64,000 nt of DNA from an uncultured Nitrospirales bacterium (GTDB taxonomy: Bacteria; UBA10199; JADGCS01). Positions within the stretch are counted from its first letter, which is position 1. Every line of letters starts with the position of its first letter. The notes beneath the pieces are model-generated. The model searched no databases, had not been told where the DNA came from, and was given only the letters and a program-made list of their open reading frames with translations. The position numbers and the translations under genes were made by a program. Shown here one piece after another: positions 48,621 through 57,946 of this stretch. The stretch is from assembly GCA_964609965.1 (NCBI GenBank), contig CAZSTS010000003.1, forward strand, positions 67,260 to 131,259. Reading direction: 5' to 3'.

Positions 48621-49745
48621 ATGGATATAATGATGAAAATTTATTTTAGTCGCTTATTGGTTTTTTTATTAGCTTTTATGTTTGTTGTGCAGCCTGCTAT
48701 GGCGTCCCAATCTCAATACGGTTCTATTAAGAAAAGCGACAAAATATTTAGTGATATATCAGAGGGTAATGCAAAGCAAAAACAAGGTGTGACAAGTCTT
48801 GGTGTGGTAGATGAAGGTATGTCGCAAAGACAAAAGCAGTTCGGACAGAACGCTATGGTTAATTTGTTGGGGCGGCCTATTCAGGTACATGTTATTGGCG
48901 ATGTTGGAAATCCAGGAGTTGTTGAGACGGCATTGTCAACGCGGGCATCAGAGCTTATTCAAATGGCTCAGCCTAATAGAAATAAGGTTCGTCTATTTCA
49001 AGTTCGTCATTCAGGTGAACGAGCAAGGTACTATGATCTTTATCAATACTATTTTTATGGCAATCTGAAACATAATCCCTATTTAAAGGATAATGATGTT
49101 ATTTTTGTTCCAGAAGAAAGAGGGGCTGTTCGTATAGAAGGCCCTGTTAAAAGAACAGGTATTTTTGAGCTTGCCTGGGAAAAAAACCTATACCAGATTG
49201 TTCAATTGGCGGGCGGTTTTACCACTGCCATGTCTAAAATGCACCCCATCAAAGTCATTCGCTATTCTGAAGAAGGAAAAAAGTTTGTCCTTGAAGTTGT
49301 TCAGACAAAATCAGCCCTCAAAAAGTTTAAGATAAGAAAAGGCGATGTGATTATTGTGCCTGATGTGATTAACGCCAATAAACGGTTTGATTATAGCCTA
49401 GAAACAATTCCTGGTGAGAACTTGGTTTATCCCACTTCTGTGGCCGATGTTTTTATTATGGGTGCAGTGCTTACCCCTGGTCCTTATCCTTATAAATCCC
49501 ATCTTACTGTAAAAGACTATGTTGGTTTTGCCGGGGCTCAATCAAACGCTCATTTGCATTCAGTAAAGATCTTGAGAGAAGGTAAAAAGAAACGAAAACG
49601 TATGGATGGTCAGGTACAGGCAGGTGATGTCATTATTGTACGAGAAAAGAATACAGATATGTTTGTAAAATATCTTGGCATTGCTTCCACTATTCTCAGT
49701 GTGACTTTGTCTACAATTGTGATCAGAGAGTATATGAAGGATTGA
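48621..49745 (+). CDS. wza: polysaccharide export outer-membrane protein (Wza-like, Poly_export + SLBB domains)
   Basis: Signal peptide. PGVVETALSTRASELIQMAQ and SLBB repeats. C-terminal amphipathic helix. The start is uncertain (ATG 48621, 48630 or 48633). Confidence 0.7.
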   Translation: MDIMMKIYFSRLLVFLLAFMFVVQPAMASQSQYGSIKKSDKIFSDISEGNAKQKQGVTSLGVVDEGMSQRQKQFGQNAMVNLLGRPIQVHVIGDVGNPGVVETALSTRASELIQMAQPNRNKVRLFQVRHSGERARYYDLYQYYFYGNLKHNPYLKDNDVIFVPEERGAVRIEGPVKRTGIFELAWEKNLYQIVQLAGGFTTAMSKMHPIKVIRYSEEGKKFVLEVVQTKSALKKFKIRKGDVIIVPDVINANKRFDYSLETIPGENLVYPTSVADVFIMGAVLTPGPYPYKSHLTVKDYVGFAGAQSNAHLHSVKILREGKKKRKRMDGQVQAGDVIIVREKNTDMFVKYLGIASTILSVTLSTIVIREYMKD

Positions 49746-49750
49746 TTCTC

Positions 49751-50251
49751 TTATTCCGAGTCAAAATCATCAAATCTTTTTAATGACACTGTCACTTCTT
49801 CTTCTGATATACTTGTGTTATCATCGCTGCATGTAGCATTGGTTGTAGCGTAAAGCGCTGTGTCAGCAGAATCGCCTTTTTTATAGACTACATTGCTTGA
49901 GCAATAATAATTGCTAGTGGCGGCGTCATCGTCAGTGCCACAGGTTACTGATGTGTAATCAGCAGCGCTGTCGGTCGTTGTTCTATCTGTACAGCCAAGG
50001 GTGGTAAGGCCGTCCGTTGTTGAAGAGATAGAGGGTGAGGGAGCGTTACAGGCATTTCCGTAGATGATAGTAGTGACATCACCGCTTGTTGTTGTCCCAC
50101 TTGATTCAGAACAAGAGCTGCCTGCGCCTCCTCCTTCATCTTCATCGAGATTTACACCCGAAGAACCGCAGCCCATCATAGCAATGCCAAATTGAATCGA
50201 AAAAAATACAATGAAGAGAAACGAGGAAAAATAGAGAATTTTTTTTATCAT
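49751..50251 (-). CDS. acidic Cys/Ser/Thr/Asp-rich lipoprotein (lipobox AMMGC), function unknown
   Basis: Signal peptide plus lipobox. Seven Cys. Low-complexity T/S/D-rich composition. GAGG RBS before the ATG. Confidence 0.5.
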   Translation of the reverse strand: MIKKILYFSSFLFIVFFSIQFGIAMMGCGSSGVNLDEDEGGGAGSSCSESSGTTTSGDVTTIIYGNACNAPSPSISSTTDGLTTLGCTDRTTTDSAADYTSVTCGTDDDAATSNYYCSSNVVYKKGDSADTALYATTNATCSDDNTSISEEEVTVSLKRFDDFDSE

Positions 50252-50338
50252 CTTATGCCTCAAGTTTTGGTTAAGGGTATAGATTTATTTTTTCGGGTTT
50301 GCAATGAAATGATTTTTTATCTAGCATGCCCTGAACGA

Positions 50339-50352
50339 TCCGCTTAGGCGGA
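50339..50352 (+). promoter_or_regulatory. palindromic candidate operator TCCGCTTAGGCGGA upstream of the ADH gene
   Basis: Near-identical to the 53266-53281 palindrome. Confidence 0.35.
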
Positions 50353-50400
50353 GAGTCGAAGGGTTCATAGATAGAGATTTATTATTTATAGGGAAATATT

Positions 50401-51426
50401 ATGAAGGCAATTCGAATACATGAGCACGGTGATGCTAAGGTTCTCAAAATCGATGACATTAAAGAGCCGCAACCAGGTCCTCAAGAGGTAAGGGTTAAAA
50501 TAAAAGCTTCAGCTTTAAACCATATGGATCTTTGGGTCAGAAATGGAATGCCAGGGATTGGGAAGATGCCTCTTACTTTGGGCTGTGATGGTGCTGGTAT
50601 AATAGAAAGCGTTGGTTCTGAAGTTAAAGATCTTCAAAAAGGAGATCGAGTTGTTGTTTACCCTGTTCTCAGCTGTGGTGTTTGCTCGTTTTGTTTATCA
50701 GGATTACAAAATCATTGTAAAGAGATGCAGCTTTTTGGAGAACATGTGAATGGCATGCACGCAGAAATAGTATCTGTGTCACAAAATAACGTTATTAAAT
50801 TAGACAAACGCATTTCATTTGAAGAGGCGGCTGCTTTTCCTTTGGTTTTTCTCACTGCTTGGCACATGCTTGTTTATAATGGACAAGTAAAGCCAAAGAA
50901 TACTGTTCTCATTCTTGGGGCTGGAAGTGGTGTGGGGAGCGCTGCTATTCAAATTGCTAAACATCATGGCGCGACAGTTATTGCTACTGCTGGATCAGAA
51001 AAAAAACTCGAAAAGGCACGAGAGCTTGGCGCTGATTTTCTCATCCATCATTATCAAGACAGTATTTCAGAACAAGTCAAAGAGATCACAAATAGAAAAG
51101 GTGTCGATATTGTTGTAGAACATGTTGGGCTAAAAGTTTGGTCAGAATGTCTTAAATCATTGAGCTGGAGTGGACGGCTAATTACCTGTGGTGCGACCAC
51201 TGGGCCAAAGGTTCAAATGGATTTGCGGCATCTTTTTATTAAACAGCAATCAATAATAGGATCAACAATGGGATCTCTTCCTGAAATGAAAGCTATTCAT
51301 GAATTAGTTGCTAAGGGGAGTTTTAAACCGGTTATTGCTAAGGCTTTCCCTTGTACAGATGTTCAACAGGCCCATGAGTTTCTGGAGAAATCAGAGCAAT
51401 TTGGGAAAGTTATTATTACGTGGTGA
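50401..51426 (+). CDS. zinc-binding alcohol dehydrogenase / quinone oxidoreductase family (MDR)
   Basis: GCDGAGIIESVG, LGAGSGVGSAAIQIA Rossmann motif. Confidence 0.8.
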   Translation: MKAIRIHEHGDAKVLKIDDIKEPQPGPQEVRVKIKASALNHMDLWVRNGMPGIGKMPLTLGCDGAGIIESVGSEVKDLQKGDRVVVYPVLSCGVCSFCLSGLQNHCKEMQLFGEHVNGMHAEIVSVSQNNVIKLDKRISFEEAAAFPLVFLTAWHMLVYNGQVKPKNTVLILGAGSGVGSAAIQIAKHHGATVIATAGSEKKLEKARELGADFLIHHYQDSISEQVKEITNRKGVDIVVEHVGLKVWSECLKSLSWSGRLITCGATTGPKVQMDLRHLFIKQQSIIGSTMGSLPEMKAIHELVAKGSFKPVIAKAFPCTDVQQAHEFLEKSEQFGKVIITW

Positions 51427-51468
51427 ATCGTGGATCGTGGGTCGTGAATTGTCGCTTGTTGCTTGTTG
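51427..51468 (+). repeat. six degenerate tandem heptamers (ATCGTGG ATCGTGG GTCGTGA ATTGTCG CTTGTTG CTTGTTG)
   Basis: Seen in sequence, immediately after the ADH stop. Confidence 0.5.
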
Positions 51469-51495
51469 TAGGGGCACAGCGTGCTATACCCCTAC
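51468..51495 (+). terminator. GTAGGGG...CCCCTAC hairpin (same arm sequence as the element at 712-772)
   Basis: 7-bp GC stem. No T-tract. Confidence 0.35.
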
Positions 51496-51532
51496 AAGAT
51501 CATAATTCATAATCTTTAGCATTGACTTTAAG

Positions 51533-53146
51533 ATGTCTATCGCCTTTTATCTTAGGAAGAGAACTATGATTATGCTTTCTAGATGGTTAAAAAAGTTTGT
51601 TGGAGCAAAGATTTCTTTGCTTGTCACGGCATCGCTAGTATTTGTTGTGGCTGTTGCGCTGGTGGTTATCAGTCAGTTTTCCCCTCAGTTTCTTACATCT
51701 CAAAACTTTATTACATTGACCTTATTGTTTGCTGTTTTTTTTATTTTCTTTCAGATTGCGTTGGTTGTTTTGGCTATTGGTATTTTTATTACCAAACCTT
51801 TACAAAAAGTTATTTTTTCTATGAAAAGGGTGGGTGAAGGCTCTTTGATGGAGAAGTGTGATCTCAAATCTTCTGATGAATTTGGTGAGCTCAGTGAATG
51901 TTTTAATAAGATGATTTCTAGCAGTCATCAGATCAATGATAGTCGCCAACAGATTGAAAAAAAACTGCTCATAGCTGAGGAGGGATTAAAATATAAGAGG
52001 GAGCTTGAAGAAAAGGCAAAGATTATTGAACGAATGAATGTTGAGCTTTCGGGTGCTTTTAGCGACATTTCATTATTATATACTGTTTCGCAGTATTTAA
52101 GTTCTGTTTTAGAAGTTGATGAACTTGTTTTTAAGGTAAAAAAAATATTTGAAGAAAAATTTAAGTGCAATAGTTTTGCGCTCTATTTTATTGTTCACGA
52201 CAGTAATAAAATAAAGCTAGCAGCACAGAAAGGGCTTTGTGATGATATAAAAGAAACAGAGCAATTATTTGATCTTCACAAGGGTATAGCCGGAAAAACC
52301 ATCAAGTATAATCGTAGTTTTTATATCAATGATTTAGAGGTTCTAAAAAACAGGACGCTCCTAAGTCCCGAGAGGCATTTCAAAGGGGCTATTTTATCAA
52401 TACCCTTAAGAGTGCGGGGTACGGTGATTGGGGTCCTTACTGTTTGTCGTCATCAGATTAACAGTTTTCCTTCTACAGATAGGCAGTCTCTTGAATCTAT
52501 GGCCAATCAAATTGCAGTGGTCTTTGATAGGGCTCAATTACACACAAAAACTAAAGAGCTTTCTGTTCGAGATGAATTAACTGGGGCTTATAATCGACGT
52601 CATTTTTATCAGGTCTTTCGCAGAGAACTCAAAAGAGCTAAGCGTTTTCAGAGACCCGTTTCTTTGCTCATGATTGATATGGATCATTTTAAACAGTTTA
52701 ATGATTCACATGGTCATATTAAGGGTGATGCTTTATTGAAGGAATTTGTCTTATTGTTAAAGCGTAACATCAGGGAGATTGATGTTTTGGCACGCTTTGG
52801 AGGTGAGGAGTTTGTGTTATTGTTGGCTGACACGAGAATGAGTGATGCTATTACAGTTGCTAATAAACTACGTGAATTAGTCAAAACATATAACTGGGGT
52901 GAAGCTTTGACTGTTGTGGGTGATGGCCACACAAGTATTGATCCCATCACCATAAGCATTGGCGTATCAGCTTATCCAGAATGTGGTTTTACACAGGGAG
53001 AGCTTATTAAGAAAGCAGATGTGGCTTTGTATAAGGCCAAAAAAGATGGTCGTGATTTAGTAAGAACTTTTCAGATGTGTGAAGTTTATCTTGAAGAGAT
53101 GAAAAAGTCTGATACTCAATTTAATCAAGTGCTCCCGAGCGCTTGA
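51533..53146 (+). CDS. diguanylate cyclase: TM-HAMP-GAF-GGDEF
   Basis: RFGGEEF active site, GAF region, two N-terminal TM segments. The start could also be ATG 51566. Confidence 0.8.
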   Translation: MSIAFYLRKRTMIMLSRWLKKFVGAKISLLVTASLVFVVAVALVVISQFSPQFLTSQNFITLTLLFAVFFIFFQIALVVLAIGIFITKPLQKVIFSMKRVGEGSLMEKCDLKSSDEFGELSECFNKMISSSHQINDSRQQIEKKLLIAEEGLKYKRELEEKAKIIERMNVELSGAFSDISLLYTVSQYLSSVLEVDELVFKVKKIFEEKFKCNSFALYFIVHDSNKIKLAAQKGLCDDIKETEQLFDLHKGIAGKTIKYNRSFYINDLEVLKNRTLLSPERHFKGAILSIPLRVRGTVIGVLTVCRHQINSFPSTDRQSLESMANQIAVVFDRAQLHTKTKELSVRDELTGAYNRRHFYQVFRRELKRAKRFQRPVSLLMIDMDHFKQFNDSHGHIKGDALLKEFVLLLKRNIREIDVLARFGGEEFVLLLADTRMSDAITVANKLRELVKTYNWGEALTVVGDGHTSIDPITISIGVSAYPECGFTQGELIKKADVALYKAKKDGRDLVRTFQMCEVYLEEMKKSDTQFNQVLPSA

Positions 53147-53265
53147 TCTTTCGCCATAGTTTTAGATCTCGTGTTTCCGAGTCCTTGACAGTTATATCAC
53201 GTCGTGTCATGAATTCGTAAATCGTGGATAGTGTTTTGTAATTTAATTATTTTAGGTCCGGCTTC

Positions 53266-53281
53266 GTCCGCCTAGGCGGAC
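53266..53281 (+). promoter_or_regulatory. perfect 16-nt palindrome GTCCGCCTAGGCGGAC upstream of the phasin gene
   Basis: Read directly from the sequence. 25 nt upstream of the start codon. Confidence 0.35.
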
Positions 53282-53305
53282 TACGCTACGACAAGGAGGG
53301 ATGTG

Positions 53306-53773
53306 ATGAATTTTAAATATATATTAGATGAAGCCATCAATCGTGGTGAAAAAATCAAACAAGAAGTTATTGCAGAGATTCTCAAATCTAAAACCATTCA
53401 AGAAATTGTCATGAATAAGAACTTTGTAAAAGCAGTAACGAGGCTCATCGAAACAAAAGAAGAGGTCAAAAAAGTCATCAACAAACAAGTCAAAACAATT
53501 TTTGATATGATGGATGTTCCCACACAACGCGATCTTCTTAAAATTGGAAAGAAATTAACGAAGCTTGAATCCATTCTTAACAGGGTAGGACGTAAGACAA
53601 TCCCTGTGAAATCACTCAAAAAAACCAAATCTTCAACCAAGCGTAAAAAGACTATCAAAAAAACTAAAAAACTGACTTCCAAATCAAAAAAACGGCCAGT
53701 AAAGAAGAAAACAGCTCCCAGAAAGAAGACAAAAAAGATAGTGCGTAAAACTGCGAAAAAGAGGAAGAAATAA
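53306..53773 (+). CDS. PhaF-like polyhydroxyalkanoate granule-associated protein (phasin) with histone-H1-like lysine-rich C-terminal tail
   Basis: N-terminal phasin domain (LIETKEEVKKVINKQVKTIFDMMDVPTQRDLLKIGKKLTKLESIL). C-terminal K/T/R-rich tail. AGGAGGG RBS. Confidence 0.6.
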   Translation: MNFKYILDEAINRGEKIKQEVIAEILKSKTIQEIVMNKNFVKAVTRLIETKEEVKKVINKQVKTIFDMMDVPTQRDLLKIGKKLTKLESILNRVGRKTIPVKSLKKTKSSTKRKKTIKKTKKLTSKSKKRPVKKKTAPRKKTKKIVRKTAKKRKK

Positions 53774-53999
53774 GAGGGGTTAGGGGGTAGGTTGCTGGAT
53801 GCTGGGCCCCAGATACTGGATGTCGGATGTCGAGTCAGATAAGAGGTAATCGATAGGATTAGCAGCTAATTTCTGTGTGTTCTACAGGGGGATAAAGTCC
53901 CCAAGCATGTCATTGATTTTATAGGGTGGTGGGGTAAATAGTCTACAAACCGAATGTCTTTCCAAGCCAAATTAAAATATTACTAATATAAACATATAG

Positions 54000-54359
54000 A
54001 TGCAGCGCTACATTTTTTTGTTAATTGGCCTGATTATTGCTTCCATAATAGGTATGAAGCATGAAAATAGTGAAAATCAGTGCTGTCCTCATCTTACTCA
54101 TGAGACCATTTCTGAGCTAGAATTAGCAATGACAAATTCTGCCATAGGATTTGAATATGCTAAATTGGCTCTAGAGAATATCGAGAAATTGGGAATGCAG
54201 GCTGATAGATTATCTATTGAGATTGAGCAGCATAAAATTGATTATTTCGAAGCACGTGACAAGCTCAAAACAATCGATACAGAAAGATTATCCATTCTAG
54301 AAAGTAATCTGAAAAATCAAAAAATGGTTATGTTTCATCCTCAACAATATCTTCATTAA
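54000..54359 (+). CDS. hypothetical protein with hydrophobic N-terminus
   Basis: ORF only; no recognisable domain. Confidence 0.3.
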   Translation: MQRYIFLLIGLIIASIIGMKHENSENQCCPHLTHETISELELAMTNSAIGFEYAKLALENIEKLGMQADRLSIEIEQHKIDYFEARDKLKTIDTERLSILESNLKNQKMVMFHPQQYLH

Positions 54360-54483
54360 GAAATCAATTCCTTTAGACTATCTACTTGACATAAATAGGT
54401 TGCTCATTTAATTCACGCCGGCTGTTGAATTGTGATAATGTTATTAAAATTACTAATAAAATCACAATGAACGCGCCAATTTC

Positions 54484-54556
54484 GCCGACCTAGCTCAGCT
54501 GGCAGAGCAACTGACTTGTAATCAGTAGGTCATCGGTTCGATTCCGATGGTCGGCT
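54484..54556 (+). tRNA. thrU: tRNA-Thr (anticodon TGT)
   Basis: Cloverleaf read manually: acceptor GCCGACC/GGTCGGC, anticodon loop CTTGTAA. Confidence 0.85.
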
Positions 54557-54601
54557 CAATAAGGCTGTTTTGATTATCAAAACGGTCTTTTGTTTATTCT
54601 C

Positions 54602-54684
54602 GGAGGGATGTCCGAGTGGCTAAAGGAGACGGGCTGTAAACCCGTTGGCTCACGCCTACGGTGGTTCGAATCCACCTCCCTCCA
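54602..54684 (+). tRNA. tyrU: tRNA-Tyr (anticodon GTA), long variable arm
   Basis: Acceptor GGAGGGA/TCCCTCC, anticodon loop CTGTAAA, extra arm. Confidence 0.85.
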
Positions 54685-54725
54685 CAAAAAAGGTTTTTCT
54701 TATGAAAAACCTTTTTTACTTTATT

Positions 54726-54799
54726 GCGGGAGTAGCTCAGTTGGCTAGAGCATCAGCCTTCCAAGCTGAGGGTCGCGGGTTCGAGTCCCGTCTCCCGCT
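54726..54799 (+). tRNA. glyT: tRNA-Gly (anticodon TCC)
   Basis: Acceptor GCGGGAG/CTCCCGC, anticodon loop CTTCCAA. Confidence 0.85.
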
Positions 54800-54904
54800 C
54801 AATTCGCCTACGGCGAATTCTCTATCAACTATTTACTCATGCTCATGCTTAATTTTTGCATGGGTAAATAGCATGAGTTGATAGATGATCAGCCTTTGGC
54901 TGAT

Positions 54905-54977
54905 GCCGTTGTAGCTCAGTTGGTAGAGCATTTCCATGGTAAGGAAAGGGTCACCGGTTCAAATCCGGTCAACGGCT
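54905..54977 (+). tRNA. thrT: tRNA-Thr (anticodon GGT)
   Basis: Acceptor GCCGTTG/CAACGGC, anticodon loop ATGGTAA. Confidence 0.85.
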
Positions 54978-55146
54978 CAAAAACGGTTTTACAGAAATTT
55001 TGGGACTTGCATTCCTTATAGGCCTGCATTATTGATTTCTGATTAATTACACCCTGTTAGGGGAGAGTTTTTTAATAATTTATTAAGTCTTTTAACTGCG
55101 TACAGCGTACGAAGTACAACGTACAGCGAAAAACAAGGAGAAGAAC

Positions 55147-56337
55147 ATGGCTAAGGAGAAATTTGAACGGTCAAAACCACATGTGAACGTAGGAACAATA
55201 GGACACGTGGATCACGGAAAGACCACATTAACAGCTGCAATTACTAAGGTATTGGCAGCAAAAGGCACAGCAGAATTCACGGCCTTTGATGATATTGACA
55301 AGGCTCCAGAAGAGCGCGAACGTGGAATCACAATCGCAACAGCTCACGTAGAATACCAAACCGAAACGCGCCACTACGCCCACGTAGATTGCCCAGGTCA
55401 CGCCGACTATGTAAAGAACATGATCACAGGTGCAGCCCAAATGGACGGAGCCATACTCGTAGTCAGTGCAGCCGATGGACCTATGCCTCAAACAAGAGAA
55501 CACATCTTGTTAGCTCGTCAGGTAGGTGTTCCTTATATCGTCGTTTATTTAAATAAAGTAGATATGGTAGACGATTCAGAATTGTTAGACTTAGTAGAGT
55601 TAGAAGTCAGAGAATTGTTAAGCAAATATCAATTCCCAGGCGACGATATTCCCATCGTAAGAGGAAGTGCAAAATTAGCTTTAGAAGGTGACACAAGTGA
55701 AATGGCCGAAGGCTCAATTGCCAAGCTAATGGAAGCGACAGATAGTTATATACCAACACCAGAGCGTCCAGTAGACAAGCCTTTCTTGATGCCAATAGAA
55801 GACGTATTCAGTATTTCAGGACGAGGCACAGTAGTTACCGGTCGAGTAGAGCGTGGAATCATAAATGTAGGCGAAGAAGTAGAGATCGTCGGCATTCGTG
55901 AGACTCGCAAGACCACAGTAACAGGTGTTGAAATGTTCAGAAAGTTATTGGACGAAGGCCGCGCAGGTGACAACGTAGGTTGTTTGCTCCGTGGTGTAGA
56001 CAAAGAAGAAGTAGAGCGTGGTCAAGTATTAGCAAAGCCTGGCTCAATCACACCTCATAAGAACTTTAGATCAGAAGTGTATGTATTGACCAAAGAAGAA
56101 GGTGGTCGTCACACACCATTTTTCAAGAATTACCGTCCCCAGTTTTACTTTAGAACAACAGACGTAACTGGGACAGTGACATTGAAAGAAGGCACTGAGA
56201 TGGTAATGCCCGGCGAAAACGTAGAAGTATCAATCAATTTGATCACCCCGATTGCAATGGAAAAAGAGCTTAGATTTGCGATACGTGAAGGTGGCCGCAC
56301 AGTAGGTGCTGGCGTTGTAACGGAGATATTAGAGTAA
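55147..56337 (+). CDS. tuf: elongation factor Tu
   Basis: 396 aa. [22 protein letters not shown] motifs. Confidence 0.97.
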   Translation: MAKEKFERSKPHVNVGTIGHVDHGKTTLTAAITKVLAAKGTAEFTAFDDIDKAPEERERGITIATAHVEYQTETRHYAHVDCPGHADYVKNMITGAAQMDGAILVVSAADGPMPQTREHILLARQVGVPYIVVYLNKVDMVDDSELLDLVELEVRELLSKYQFPGDDIPIVRGSAKLALEGDTSEMAEGSIAKLMEATDSYIPTPERPVDKPFLMPIEDVFSISGRGTVVTGRVERGIINVGEEVEIVGIRETRKTTVTGVEMFRKLLDEGRAGDNVGCLLRGVDKEEVERGQVLAKPGSITPHKNFRSEVYVLTKEEGGRHTPFFKNYRPQFYFRTTDVTGTVTLKEGTEMVMPGENVEVSINLITPIAMEKELRFAIREGGRTVGAGVVTEILE

Positions 56338-56341
56338 GTTA

Positions 56342-56369
56342 AAAGTCAAAGGTCGAAGGTCGAAGGTCA
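56342..56369 (+). repeat. four tandem heptamers AAGTCAA AGGTCGA AGGTCGA AGGTCAA directly after the tuf stop
   Basis: Seen in sequence. Confidence 0.5.
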
Positions 56370-56408
56370 AAAAAAATAATGATCTTGGACTTTAGACAGA
56401 ATTTTAGA

Positions 56409-56448
56409 AAGGCAGTTTTTGTAATACAAAGCAGAAACTGCCTTTTTC
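56409..56448 (+). terminator. rho-independent terminator after tuf (AGGCAGTTT...AAACTGCCT + TTTTT)
   Basis: 9-bp stem, 16-nt loop, T-tract. Confidence 0.7.
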
Positions 56449-56473
56449 TACATTATTTGATCAAAGAATTAAT

Positions 56474-56623
56474 ATGGCCAAAAATTATATTATTTTAGAA
56501 TGCGATGAGTGCAAAAATAGAAACTATCGTATAAACCGGAGTAAAGAAAAGCAGTCACAGAAATTGAAAATAAAAAAGTTTTGCAAACATTGTCAAAAAC
56601 ACACACTGCATGTGCAGACATAA
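56474..56623 (+). CDS. rpmG: 50S ribosomal protein L33
   Basis: 49 aa MAKNYIILECDECKNRNYRINRSKEKQSQKLKIKKFCKHCQKHTLHVQT. Zn-ribbon CxxC...CxxC. Absent from the ORF track because it is <60 aa. Confidence 0.85.
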   Translation: MAKNYIILECDECKNRNYRINRSKEKQSQKLKIKKFCKHCQKHTLHVQT

Positions 56624-56718
56624 GAATCTATTCTCGATTTTCCAATGCGATATTCAAAATTTGCGCACTCGAAAATGGTTGATCGAAAATAGAGGAAAAG
56701 TTTCTTGCAGAAATTTTT

Positions 56719-56791
56719 AGGGGAGTAGCTCAGTTGGTAGAGCAACGGTCTCCAAAACCGTTTGTCGCAGGTTCGAGCCCTGTCTCCCCTG
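56719..56791 (+). tRNA. tRNA-Trp (anticodon CCA)
   Basis: Acceptor AGGGGAG/CTCCCCT, anticodon loop CTCCAAA. Confidence 0.8.
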
Positions 56792-57012
56792 CCCAGGTTT
56801 TTTTATAAAGAATAACCTCCTAGGATTATTAGTTATTATCTAAGGGCCTCCTTAATCATAACACAACGCGTTAATCCCCGTGTTTTTTTTTGTGCTTTTT
56901 TTGCCAAGTTTGTTAGTCAAGTGAAACTAAAATTGGCCATAATAAAAAGATCAATAAAATCATAAAGATAGAAACCTGTTAAAATAAAGGTATTTAGATT
57001 TAGGGTAATATT

Positions 57013-57384
57013 ATGAAGAGTAAGAAAATTGTAACTATTTGTTTGATTCTTGTACATGTTTTTTTGTATTGGGTCGCCTCGCAAATTGCTGAGCTGGTTT
57101 TTGACTGGCTGAACATGCCAATCACGCGTGATTATTATTTAACTATTCCTGAATTAATCGCGTTAGTGGGTACGGCAATAGTGTTTGTTATAATTTATAA
57201 AAATCAAAGGATTGTTGGTTTCTTAACAGAAGCTGTTAATGAATTATCTAAAGTTTCTTTTCCAACAAAAAAGGAAGCAGGACAATCAGCAGTTATTGTT
57301 ATTGTTTTGGTGGCAATAGCAGCGTTGGTATTAGCTTTATATGATCTTATCTGGTCAACAATGACCCGATGGATTTTGAATTAA
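57013..57384 (+). CDS. secE: preprotein translocase subunit SecE (three-TM form)
   Basis: Position before nusG. C-terminal conserved TM (KVSFPTKKEAGQSAVIVIVLVAIAALVLALYDLIWS). Confidence 0.85.
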   Translation: MKSKKIVTICLILVHVFLYWVASQIAELVFDWLNMPITRDYYLTIPELIALVGTAIVFVIIYKNQRIVGFLTEAVNELSKVSFPTKKEAGQSAVIVIVLVAIAALVLALYDLIWSTMTRWILN

Positions 57385-57387
57385 AAA

Positions 57388-57930
57388 ATGAACGTTCAAT
57401 CTGTTAAAAAATGGTACGTTGTCCATACTTATTCAGGGTATGAGCAGAAGGCAAAATTATCCTTAGAAGAGAGAATTAAGTCTGCGAATAAAAAGGAATA
57501 TTTTGAAGAGATTCTCGTACCTTCAGAAAGTGTTGTCGAAATCCGTAAAGGACAAAAAAAGACAACCACGCGCAAATTTTTTCCAAGTTATATTTTGGTA
57601 AAAATGGATCTTAATGACGACACTTGGCACTTGGTTAAAGACACACCAAAAGTAACTGGTTTTGTTGGGCATACCTCTACCCCTCCATCTATACCAGAAG
57701 AAGAGGTTATGCGTATTACTAAGCAGATTGATGATGGGCAGATGAAACCGAAGATGAAATATTCTTTTGAAAAGGGCGATTCTGTTCGAGTTGTTGATGG
57801 TCCCTTTAATACCTTTAATGGTGTCGTAGAAGAAGTTAACCCAGAGAAGGGACGACTTAAGGTATTGGTAAGTATTTTTGGAAGAGCGACACCTGTGGAT
57901 TTAGAATTTGCACAAGTAGAGAAGAATTAG
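57388..57930 (+). CDS. nusG: transcription termination/antitermination factor NusG
   Basis: [19 protein letters not shown] domain. KOW ([24 protein letters not shown]). Confidence 0.95.
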   Translation: MNVQSVKKWYVVHTYSGYEQKAKLSLEERIKSANKKEYFEEILVPSESVVEIRKGQKKTTTRKFFPSYILVKMDLNDDTWHLVKDTPKVTGFVGHTSTPPSIPEEEVMRITKQIDDGQMKPKMKYSFEKGDSVRVVDGPFNTFNGVVEEVNPEKGRLKVLVSIFGRATPVDLEFAQVEKN

Positions 57931-57946
57931 AAGTATTGGAGAAGTT

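Noticed and set aside
54645-54881. Plus-strand 78-aa ORF across 54.6-54.9 kb
   Set aside because: Overlaps tRNA-Tyr and tRNA-Gly. It is an artefact of the structured tRNA sequence.
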